A DNA stretch of 24,668 bases from IMG/VR virus record IMGVR_UViG_3300012164_000006, positions 1 through 24,668 of that record; one strand, written 5' to 3'. Of the stretch, positions 14,962 through 23,026 are shown in pieces. The translations under genes and the position numbers were made by a program. The first letter of the stretch is position 1, and each line of letters opens with the position of its first letter. The notes beneath the pieces were generated by a model, which saw only the letters and a list, made by a program, of their open reading frames with translations, did no database searches and was not told the DNA's origin. This DNA comes from a virus (lineage: Duplodnaviria; Caudoviricetes).

Positions 14962-17174
14962 TTCTGCGGCCTGATCTTGAAGTCCAGCCGCCGCGCACCC
15001 GAAGCCGTAAAGGTCAAATACACCTCATCTGCGTTCAAGTCAGCCGCTGCCACGTTGGTCTTGTACAGTCCGCCCACACCGCCAGAAATCTCGCTCACTG
15101 AATTCGTGCACGAGGCTGGCGAGCCTCCATCTTTCGACACCTGGCAGCTCACCGTCAGACCGGTTTCTGGTGTCTTCCCGTCCGTGTCGTCCACCATGCG
15201 GAAGGTAAAGTTCGAATACGTGACGTTTTTCTGGAAGTTAATCAGCCCCGTCTGGATCTCCGTCACTGCCGAGGTCGCCAGAGCCGCGGAGTCTAGAGCC
15301 CCGCTGGCAAACGACGGCGCCGTGATGGCCCCACTGCCCACGGTCGTCACACTCCCCACCGAGCCCGTCACATTCCCCTGCACACTGGCCACGCCCTGGC
15401 CAAAACTGCCACCGGTGGTGTGTCCACCGCGTTGTTCATCCCACACGGCGTCTGAGATGCCATCCAGGGTCAACCCAGACCCGCCGGCGTTGTCTGCCAT
15501 CTCCTTCACCACCGAGCCCGCCACGGCCGCGCCGTAAGTCGTGCCCGAATTGGTGTCAAAGAAATCCGCCAGCGCTCCGGCCGTCAGCCCCGTCACGTTG
15601 GCGCTCACTGTCCCCAGGTTGGCGCCCGAGGTCAGCTCCCGCGTCACGTAGGCCCACACGTCGGCCGCCGTCAAGCCAGACGAGGCCGGAGACAAGCCTT
15701 GCTGGATCACGGCAAAGGTCGTATCCGAAGCCGGGTTTGTCGCCCACGCCGCGTTTACCGTTGCCACCTTCGTCGAGCCCACATAGTCCGTAATAATTCG
15801 GCTCTGCCCAACCCCGGTTCCGCCCGTCAGATAGATCGCGTTGTTGTTATACAGGTCGTCGGTCGCCGAGGCCGAAGCGTCCAGCGTGATCGTGGTCGAG
15901 GCCCCCGCCTGCGCCGTGTTCGAGCGCACTGTCTGTAGCCCGGTGTCCACGGCCAGGGTCGCCCGGTCAATCGAAGCGTCTGCCACTTCCGCCGCCCCGA
16001 TCGCATTAGCTGCAATCTCTGCCGCCCCAATCGCGTCGGTGGCCAGCTCCGACGCTCCGATGGCATCGGCTGCGATCGCGGCCGCGTCAATAGCTCCGGC
16101 CGCAAAAGCGGTGGCTGCGATGGCTCCCGTCGCTATCTCTGCGTCTCCAATCGCGTCGGTGGCAATGGCCGCCGCGTCAATAGCTCCGGCCGCAAAAGCG
16201 GTGGCCGCGATGGCTCCGGTAGCAATCTCTGCGTCTCCAATCGCGTCGGTGGCCAACTCCGACGCTCCGATGGCATCGGCTGCGATCTCCGACGCGCCAA
16301 TCGCATCCACCGCGATCTTAGCCGCCGTCAGAGCGTCAGCCCCAATTTCCGCCGCGTCCAAGGTGCCGTTGATATTTGAAAAGTCCGCGCCTGCCTCTCC
16401 GGTCGTCGCCACGTCCAGCGTGCGGCCTGAAACCGTGGCCCGCAGGTAGTCCAGCATCGGCCAGATTTCATACGTTTCGGTGTTGGTGTCCTGCGTCACC
16501 GCCGGGGCAAAAGTCAGGGTGTCTGAAGCCGGAGTGAAGGCGGTGATATACCGCGCCTGCCCAACCATCGTCCCCGACGTGAAGACGATCATGCTGCCGG
16601 ACCAGTAGTCGGTGTCCCCCTGCGTCAGTGCTGCGTCAACAATCGTGGTGGTCGTCCCGCTGTCGGCGGTACCAACAAACGTTGGCCTGCGCACGTGCCC
16701 CAAAACATACCCAGCCGTCCCCGCGGCGTACGCCCCCGGAACTGGATCTTCATGAATGGCCGCAGTGATGTCGGCGGTGCTTGAAACGTCCCCACCCACC
16801 AGCAAATCATGGCTGGCAATCGGAATCACCTCGAAGTAAATCCACACGGGCACCGCGCCCGCTTCATTCACCGCCAGAACCAGCGTCCCGATCGTGTTCG
16901 TGTCTGTCGTATCCAGGCTACACTCATACCACCCGTTCTCCTCGTGCGTGCAGGAGCTCGTTTGAGTCTTTTGTGCCCAGGCGGCCGCGTTCTTCTTCAA
17001 GCGCACGTCTGCCTGTGAGATCGTCAGAGCTGTTTCAGCCGTAACTCCATCGGTTGCATCGAGGAATGGACCCACCGCGACATCGATAGCTGTGTTCTGC
17101 ACGAGCTTGATTTGCGCCGAGCCCGGGCCAATGAGCGCCAGTGACACAAACAGAACCACCAAGAGTTTTTTCAT
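14958..17174 (-). CDS. 738-aa modular fibre/decoration-like protein with signal peptide and Ala/Ile-rich decapeptide repeats
   Basis: N-terminus MKKLLVVLFVSLALIGPGSA|Q; central (ADAIGASEIA)n-type repeats; duplicated flanking domains; ATGA overlap with the upstream gene. Confidence 0.85.
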   Translation of the reverse strand: MKKLLVVLFVSLALIGPGSAQIKLVQNTAIDVAVGPFLDATDGVTAETALTISQADVRLKKNAAAWAQKTQTSSCTHEENGWYECSLDTTDTNTIGTLVLAVNEAGAVPVWIYFEVIPIASHDLLVGGDVSSTADITAAIHEDPVPGAYAAGTAGYVLGHVRRPTFVGTADSGTTTTIVDAALTQGDTDYWSGSMIVFTSGTMVGQARYITAFTPASDTLTFAPAVTQDTNTETYEIWPMLDYLRATVSGRTLDVATTGEAGADFSNINGTLDAAEIGADALTAAKIAVDAIGASEIAADAIGASELATDAIGDAEIATGAIAATAFAAGAIDAAAIATDAIGDAEIATGAIAATAFAAGAIDAAAIAADAIGASELATDAIGAAEIAANAIGAAEVADASIDRATLAVDTGLQTVRSNTAQAGASTTITLDASASATDDLYNNNAIYLTGGTGVGQSRIITDYVGSTKVATVNAAWATNPASDTTFAVIQQGLSPASSGLTAADVWAYVTRELTSGANLGTVSANVTGLTAGALADFFDTNSGTTYGAAVAGSVVKEMADNAGGSGLTLDGISDAVWDEQRGGHTTGGSFGQGVASVQGNVTGSVGSVTTVGSGAITAPSFASGALDSAALATSAVTEIQTGLINFQKNVTYSNFTFRMVDDTDGKTPETGLTVSCQVSKDGGSPASCTNSVSEISGGVGGLYKTNVAAADLNADEVYLTFTASGARRLDFKIRPQK
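16028..16289. repeat. Intragenic duplications in the decapeptide repeat region
   Basis: 16081-16163 versus 16171-16253 (90-nt period, 4 synonymous mismatches in 83 nt), plus a second near-identical pair of about 50 nt starting at 16028 and 16238. Confidence 0.9.
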
Positions 17175-17491
17175 TTCCTCACCACCAAAACCTCATTGCT
17201 GGCCGGCCCTCGGGCCGTAACAGTCCCAGCTGAATTCAGCGTCACCGGTACCACGAAAAACCGATATTGCTTCACATAACTGTCTGGCATCCGCACCTGA
17301 AACGTGTTCGCCTGTTGCTCGGCCAGTTTCACAGGCGTCGACGTCGTGCCGGTCTTTCGGTAGAGAATGAACCTCGCCAGGTCTCCCGCCTCAATGTCGT
17401 CGTCGTACACCAGCGTAATCGTCTCACCCGCAGACTTCGGGAGTGGATCCCAGTACGCTTGCAGCAACAGAAACAGCCATAGAGTTTTCAT
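17171..17491 (-). CDS. Small fibronectin type III-like protein with hydrophobic leader
   Basis: TITLVYD..DLARFILYRK..YRFFVVPV..GPASNEV is an FN3-like pattern; leader MKTLWLFLLLQA; ATGA overlaps on both sides. Confidence 0.7.
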   Translation of the reverse strand: MKTLWLFLLLQAYWDPLPKSAGETITLVYDDDIEAGDLARFILYRKTGTTSTPVKLAEQQANTFQVRMPDSYVKQYRFFVVPVTLNSAGTVTARGPASNEVLVVRK

Positions 17492-19929
17492 AGTCCTATC
17501 AGTGCCCTCGATCCGCCGATCCGAAACGTGCCAGAGCTCGTGCCGCTCACGCTAGTGTCGTTCAGACTCGTCACCTTGAACTTGCAGTTGCTCGAGGCTG
17601 GCACCGCGGCCGTCCACGGTTGCGCTGAGCTGTTGAAGGGTACGCTGGCGACCACTATTTCCCAGGTAGACCCGCCATCCCGCGACAACTCAATTCGCAC
17701 GTTTCCGGTTACGTTGGTGGAAGTCCAAGAAAACGGGATCGTCGCGCCCTTCTTGAATCTTTGGCCGCTCAGTGAGCTTGCCGTGATGCTTCCTGCTGCG
17801 GCCCCTGTGATCGTGAAAGCGGCGTCACTCGTGTCGGTTTCGCCACCACCCGCTAAACTCGAAACCCGAATCAATCCCTGCGCGGTCGTTGCTCCGGCGA
17901 CTGTCCAATCAAAAGTGCCATCGTCGGGCGTTGAAGTCGTAAGGTCCTCCCACGAGGAGCCGTTGTTGCGACTCAGTTCGATTTTGACCGTTGCGGGAGT
18001 CACCCACGTCAAAGTCACGCGTCCCGCCGCTCCAGCCGCACCGTTGCTGGGGTCTCCCCCACCGCCCCCGGCTCCGCCGGGAGCGGTCCCAGCCACTGGA
18101 GGATTGTTACCTCCGGCCCCTCCGACAGCCCCACCAGGTGTACCCGCGCCAGCTGAACCACCAGCGCCAGCCGAACCAGCTACTGCGGTTCCACCAGCCC
18201 CCCCGGCACTGCCTAAACCAGCCGAACCACCCCCACCCCCACCAGCCCCGGCTCCAGCATTATTCCCATTCCCCCCATTACCACCGGAGAACTTCGTATC
18301 ACCTACACCGGCGGCTGCCTGTCCACCTAGACCACCAATACCAGCCGCCCCAGCGATAGGACGACCACCTGCATTGGCACCTTTAGCCAGCACTGTCCCA
18401 ATGGTGTTAAACCAAGAATCTCCACCGGATGACCCGTCAGCTAACCCAACCCCACCGGCGCCACCGGCTCCCACCGTCACCGTGTACGAAGAGCTGGGAG
18501 TCACAGCAGCCGCAGTCTCACGCGAGAACGCACCGCCGCCGCCGCCGCCTCCTCCGTCTTCACTGGTATTGTTGCCACCGCCGCCACCGCCACCGCCCCA
18601 GGCATCCACCTGCACGGTCGTGACGCCAGCCGGAGCCTGCCAAGATCCGCTGGCGTTGAAGGTCTGGGAACTATTACCTCCCGAGATAACCGACGCCCAC
18701 GTGATCGTCTTAATCACCCCGACCTGCCAGCTTTCCCCGCCGTTCGGAATGGTCACTGAGAACGAGCTCGGCGGTGCTAGGAACTCGTCTGCCCCAATGT
18801 CCCACGCCAGGCCCTGCGGCCTGTTGTTGCCATCAAAGTCGGTGGAAAACTCCGATAGCGTTGCGCCTTGGTCAATTGCCGGGCTGGTGGATAAAATGTG
18901 AAGGTCAGTGCTGCTAGTAAAATCTGGATCTTGGTTAATGGCACAGCCGGAACTGCAAAGGTTGTTTGAGAGTGTTGGGTTACTCCCATCCTGGTCAAAG
19001 ATTTCTGTCGAGTTGCCGTAAATGATGTTATTTCTAATGATCACTCCAGAGGAATTGGCTACATACACACCCGTCCCGCTTCCAGTGATTGAGTTGTTAT
19101 AAATTCTGGAGTTTGGGGCTCGATTAACAGATATACCCTGATCTGGAGCACCATTGGCGTAAATCCAATTGTTAAAACACAGAGCATCGGTCATGTCCCA
19201 GAGAAAAATTCCTGTTACGTTGTGATGTATTTTGTTTTCCCGAACAGTACCTCCCTGTACATTGACTCCAGCATTGAAAAAGCTAATTCCAGAAGAAGCA
19301 TTATGGTGAATATCACACCCTTGAATCAGGTTTTCAGGACTATGCAAATAGATACCGTGGTGTAAATTGACGTCTGTTCCATTGTCGTGAATGTTGCAAT
19401 TTATAACTTGATTAAAGCCATGTGTTGTCCCGCCCTCAAATAGAGATATTGCCCCGGTATCAGCACCCCCGGAAATCTCACACCCAGTTATCCGAATGTG
19501 CCCCGCTCCGTTCCCAACCAGAATCACGTTATGGCTGCTATCGTTATTCACAAAGTGGATGTTCTGGAGAATGATGTATTGCACCGAGGCGTGGTAAAAG
19601 GTCACCGGCCCCGCTCCGGTAACAGTTACTGTGTCTGATCCAAATGCCGTTATCGTGGTAGCAGTAGCCCACGACGAACCGGATGCTGGATAGCCGCCAG
19701 CGCCGTCCTGACCTATCACCTCTGCGTATGTTCCGGCCTTAATTGACAACACATCTCCAGCGCTTAAACATGGGATGGCGCTATTGATCGTCAACTTCGG
19801 TGTAGACTCACTTTGCGCTTGAGTACAGTTGTTTGAGTCACTGCTACCAGTCTTGGCGACATAGAATGTAGTCGCCTGGGCTGGCAAGACGAGTAAGACA
19901 AGTAGGGTTATAAGTCGCAGTAGTCTCAT
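17488..19929 (-). CDS. Secreted-type mosaic protein: right-handed parallel beta-helix (pectin-lyase-like) + Gly-rich domain + two Ig-like domains
   Basis: Signal peptide ..LPAQA|TTFYVAKTG; LSAGDVLSIKAGTY; repeated NIHDN/DIHHN/KIHHN rungs; SPAIDQG..DFDGNNRPQGLAWDIGADE cap; WGGGGGGG Gly-rich domain; two IELSRxxGxxW modules. Confidence 0.88.
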   Translation of the reverse strand: MRLLRLITLLVLLVLPAQATTFYVAKTGSSDSNNCTQAQSESTPKLTINSAIPCLSAGDVLSIKAGTYAEVIGQDGAGGYPASGSSWATATTITAFGSDTVTVTGAGPVTFYHASVQYIILQNIHFVNNDSSHNVILVGNGAGHIRITGCEISGGADTGAISLFEGGTTHGFNQVINCNIHDNGTDVNLHHGIYLHSPENLIQGCDIHHNASSGISFFNAGVNVQGGTVRENKIHHNVTGIFLWDMTDALCFNNWIYANGAPDQGISVNRAPNSRIYNNSITGSGTGVYVANSSGVIIRNNIIYGNSTEIFDQDGSNPTLSNNLCSSGCAINQDPDFTSSTDLHILSTSPAIDQGATLSEFSTDFDGNNRPQGLAWDIGADEFLAPPSSFSVTIPNGGESWQVGVIKTITWASVISGGNSSQTFNASGSWQAPAGVTTVQVDAWGGGGGGGGNNTSEDGGGGGGGGAFSRETAAAVTPSSSYTVTVGAGGAGGVGLADGSSGGDSWFNTIGTVLAKGANAGGRPIAGAAGIGGLGGQAAAGVGDTKFSGGNGGNGNNAGAGAGGGGGGSAGLGSAGGAGGTAVAGSAGAGGSAGAGTPGGAVGGAGGNNPPVAGTAPGGAGGGGGDPSNGAAGAAGRVTLTWVTPATVKIELSRNNGSSWEDLTTSTPDDGTFDWTVAGATTAQGLIRVSSLAGGGETDTSDAAFTITGAAAGSITASSLSGQRFKKGATIPFSWTSTNVTGNVRIELSRDGGSTWEIVVASVPFNSSAQPWTAAVPASSNCKFKVTSLNDTSVSGTSSGTFRIGGSRALIGL

Positions 19930-20675
19930 TGCGCTCTTCTCCTGCGATGTAGGTTCACTATAGGAACGACTCCACCAGCAGACAGGGCATTGATGTTGTA
20001 AGCCCGACCCAAACTGTTCATATTATTCGGCGACCACGAGTGCGACATTGTTACTGTTGCCGCGCCCGCTTCGGTTGACGAAAAGAAACGCAGATTGTCT
20101 ACCTCGGTGTCATTCTCGATCATCGTTTGACCGGCGCCCTGTGTTACGGTCTGGTCATCAGCGCCAGTCGAATGCCCGAGACCGTAGAAATCTAAAACCA
20201 GGTCTCCCGAGGCGCTCGTAACATTCTGACTCCCGCTAGTCTCTCCGCTTTCTGGATCATGAGTTGACTCATTTTCGTAAGGCGTTGATTGGTTCACGTC
20301 CTGCAAAACAACAGCTATAACTTCTGCCGGCTGGTCACCCGACATTGTCGCAGTAACTGTTAAACCGACTCCAGCATCTGGAGCAATCCTATAAAATGTC
20401 CTAAGCCTCGTTGAGCCGGTCGTATCTTCTGCGCTGGCCGAAATTGCCGTTGCTGAATCGCCGTTATGTGTCACGGTGTCAATCGTCACAGAATTGTGAG
20501 CATAAACCCCCACCATCAATAGTAGATTGCTCCCTGAATTGCTGTTTACCGTGCAACTGATTGTCGTGCCGCTAGAGTGAATCCCAATGCAGGAATCAAC
20601 GACCGACGGCGCACCCCAAACGCTCCCGGACAAAAGCCCCAACAGCACCACAAAAAGAAAAGCTAGCTTCCTCAT
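19926..20675 (-). CDS. Hypothetical beta-rich protein with signal peptide and Arg-rich C-terminus
   Basis: MRKLAFLFVVLLGLLSGSVWG|AP; S/T/G-rich beta pattern; ends GGVVPIVNLHRRRRAQ. ATG at 20675, alternative TTG at 20681. Confidence 0.82.
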   Translation of the reverse strand: MRKLAFLFVVLLGLLSGSVWGAPSVVDSCIGIHSSGTTISCTVNSNSGSNLLLMVGVYAHNSVTIDTVTHNGDSATAISASAEDTTGSTRLRTFYRIAPDAGVGLTVTATMSGDQPAEVIAVVLQDVNQSTPYENESTHDPESGETSGSQNVTSASGDLVLDFYGLGHSTGADDQTVTQGAGQTMIENDTEVDNLRFFSSTEAGAATVTMSHSWSPNNMNSLGRAYNINALSAGGVVPIVNLHRRRRAQ

Positions 20676-20684
20676 GTTCAAAGT

Positions 20685-20722
20685 CCAGAAAACAGGTGCC
20701 AGGCGGAAAAACCTGGCACCTG
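20685..20722 (-). terminator. Intrinsic terminator downstream of the coat gene
   Basis: Perfect 11-bp stem caggtgccagg/cctggcacctg (20693-20703, 20712-20722), 8-nt loop, followed on the minus strand by TTTTCT. Confidence 0.75.
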
Positions 20723-20733
20723 AAACCTACTTA

Positions 20734-21942
20734 TTACCCGTCCGCATGGATCCGGCACGCCAGCTGCGGACGCACCGCTTTGTACCCATACAGGCAATCC
20801 ACCCGGTACGGGAACTGCCGCGTGGTAATCACGAAATCTCCCACCAGCGAAAGCGAGATCCCGTCCATCACCTCACGCGCCGCAAAGTTCACCCCTTTAG
20901 GCATTTCGAGCGGCGCCGTCACAAACACGAACGCATCCCGATGGTAAGCCAGAGACGTATTCAAGAGCTCGGAAGCTCCCGCCCCAACCTTCACCACTGC
21001 CGAGTTGTCGGCCACCGTGTTCGACACGTTCTGCCGCCCGCCGGTGGCTACCACTGCCGGGGAAATGGCCAGCGAAGTCGCCGAAGCCCCAGAGTCGGCG
21101 GTAATCACAAACTGCTGCAGGATGCCGGTCGACACCTTAGTTTCAGGGTGCACACGAAACACTCCAGCAAACGTAATCACGTCCCCTTTCAGGAAAGTGG
21201 TGGTCCCTGTGTCCACAATGATCGACGCTCCCGATTGAGTCGCCCCGTTCGAGAGGTACCCCGTCGTTTTTGCCGCCGTCCCGGTCGTGTGGTCAGTCAG
21301 CAGCGTGTTCTCAAAGAACGTGAACCCCTGCGCCCGGCCAATCTTGCCTTCCCGATACTGCTGCTCCACCGCGTCGCCGTCGTGAAACAGCCCCTTCACT
21401 GCGTCGATGTATTTGGTCGTGTGGAACGGGTTCAGGTTGCAAAACCGAGGCGAAGGAGGCGCCAGGTTGAGCGTCAGCTTTTCGCGCGCCAGCGAGGGAT
21501 GCGTGAAGGCAAAAGCCGCCGCGTCGCCGTCGATCAGGTTGTACACGGACTTATACATCGAGATCGCGTCCGCTTCGATGTTGGCTGCCAGCACAGACAT
21601 GGCCGGGTCCAACACCCGCTCTGCCAACTCGTCGATGCTCAAACTCAGATCTAGAGAGCTCATCTCCAGATCCACGCCTTTCACCGTCGAAACCGTCAGT
21701 GTTTCCGACGCCTCCACCGTGTCGTTGGGCGTGCCCATCGTCATCCCCGAGCGCACCGTGTACTCGTTGGGCAGCCGGATTTTCAGGTCCGGGCCAAACT
21801 TGCCCTTCACCACCGCGCCCCCGCCGCTTTCGTAGGTCTTGTCATACTGCCGGTTTACGTTCCCGACGAAGTTCAACTTCTGGTGCAAAATCTTCAAAGC
21901 TTTCCGCGTCACATTGGTCGCGGTCAAAATAGTGTTCGCCAC
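20734..21942 (-). CDS. Major capsid protein, P22 coat protein (gp5) family
   Basis: ANTILT..VTRKAL..NVNRQYD, LKIRLPNEYTV, ERVLDPAMSVLAANIEAD, I-domain KGDVITFAGV, LAYHRDAF, RVDCLYGYKAVRPQLACR. GTG start at 21942 follows AAGGAG. Confidence 0.95.
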   Translation of the reverse strand: MANTILTATNVTRKALKILHQKLNFVGNVNRQYDKTYESGGGAVVKGKFGPDLKIRLPNEYTVRSGMTMGTPNDTVEASETLTVSTVKGVDLEMSSLDLSLSIDELAERVLDPAMSVLAANIEADAISMYKSVYNLIDGDAAAFAFTHPSLAREKLTLNLAPPSPRFCNLNPFHTTKYIDAVKGLFHDGDAVEQQYREGKIGRAQGFTFFENTLLTDHTTGTAAKTTGYLSNGATQSGASIIVDTGTTTFLKGDVITFAGVFRVHPETKVSTGILQQFVITADSGASATSLAISPAVVATGGRQNVSNTVADNSAVVKVGAGASELLNTSLAYHRDAFVFVTAPLEMPKGVNFAAREVMDGISLSLVGDFVITTRQFPYRVDCLYGYKAVRPQLACRIHADG

Positions 21943-21999
21943 TGCCGTGTTCTCCTTTGTTAAAGCCGGAGCCACGGTTCCAGGGCTGAATTCGCACCC

Positions 22000-22044
22000 A
22001 AAAAGAAAAAGGCCCGTTCCGCCGTGACACGGAAACGGGCCTTT
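22000..22044 (-). terminator. Intrinsic terminator-like hairpin between scaffold and coat genes
   Basis: Minus strand aaaggcccgtttccg-tgtcacgg-cggaacgggccttt followed by TTCTTTTT. Confidence 0.75.
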
Positions 22045-22118
22045 CTCCTGACTGCATTGGGTTGGAGCAACCGGGGCTGCTTCGAATCAGTCACCCAGTC
22101 TCCAAACTTGTTTTCGCT

Positions 22119-22994
22119 TTAGTTCCGCCTGCTCGCCCTCGCGCCTTCGCGCCTCTCGCGCTGCAGCCGGTCGTGTTCCTTTTCCCAAACCTCCAGAGGC
22201 AAATTCGGGTCGTTCAAATCCACAGCCTTCGCCGCGGCTCCCTTCGCTCCTACCGGCTTTACCGGAGCCGGCGCGTTGGTTGTCCGCCGCGCGGTCTGCT
22301 GCTCGGTCGCGTCCTTCACGGCTGAAGCCAGCTTAACCTCGAGCTTCCCAATTTCCCGGGCCTGCGCCGCCGGGCTCAGCTTCGCAATCCGCTTGGCCTC
22401 CTCCGGGTGCTGTCCCAGGTGATACGCCACCTCCGGGAAATTCTCGCAGTCCAAGAGCGCTTCGGCCATCACCGGCGTCATCGCGAGGTCTGGGCTTAGC
22501 GCCACATCCTCGAAATCTGCGAACTTCTCTGCCGCCTTGGCCACCGCCGCTTGCGTCTTTTGCTGCACCTCTCTTACCGTCTGTTCCCGCGTCTTCGCCT
22601 GCTCATGGGCGCGGATGCGCTGCTCCGCTCTCCAATCCGCCCGGGCGTCGACGAAATCTTCATAGCTCGCAAACTGCTCCACGAGCGGCTCGTTTGCTCC
22701 CACCTCGCGCTGCATTCCAGCGTTAGGCTCTGGCCCAGCAGCCGGCCTGCCCAGCGCCACCTCGCGCCAGTAGTCCCGCTCCCGCTCCGCCTCGCGCTGT
22801 TTGCGCGTCAATTCTCCGATCCGTTTCTGAGCCGAGTTCTTCGGCTTCGCGCCAGGATCTTCCGGCGTCTCTTGCGTTTCCTCGTTCTCCTGCGGGGTTG
22901 TGGGACTGTCTCCCTCCCCGGCTTCAGCAGCAACGGTCTCTCCACTCTCCACTAGCCCCTCGCCACTGTCCTCCTGCGTTACTTCCTCTGACAT
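22119..22994 (-). CDS. Scaffolding protein (P22-like)
   Basis: Acidic N-terminus, AQKRIGELTRKQREAERE coiled coil, EVAYHLGQHPEEAKRIAKLSP..REIGKLE, TTNAPAPVKPV; SD AAGGAGG; directly upstream of coat. Confidence 0.9.
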   Translation of the reverse strand: MSEEVTQEDSGEGLVESGETVAAEAGEGDSPTTPQENEETQETPEDPGAKPKNSAQKRIGELTRKQREAERERDYWREVALGRPAAGPEPNAGMQREVGANEPLVEQFASYEDFVDARADWRAEQRIRAHEQAKTREQTVREVQQKTQAAVAKAAEKFADFEDVALSPDLAMTPVMAEALLDCENFPEVAYHLGQHPEEAKRIAKLSPAAQAREIGKLEVKLASAVKDATEQQTARRTTNAPAPVKPVGAKGAAAKAVDLNDPNLPLEVWEKEHDRLQRERREGARASRRN

Positions 22995-23026
22995 GCGCGC
23001 CTCCTTAAAGGCGAAAACACCTTAAT

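Noticed and set aside
16028-16320. Periodic repeats as a CRISPR array
   Set aside because: They are in-frame coding repeats with no unique spacers and no cas genes.
18530-18600. (CCG)n runs as a contingency locus
   Set aside because: They simply encode poly-Gly, and triplet slippage would not shift the frame.
21842-22057. 71-aa minus-strand ORF across the scaffold-coat spacer as a leader peptide
   Set aside because: No SD, it runs through the terminator hairpin, and it overlaps the coat gene out of frame.
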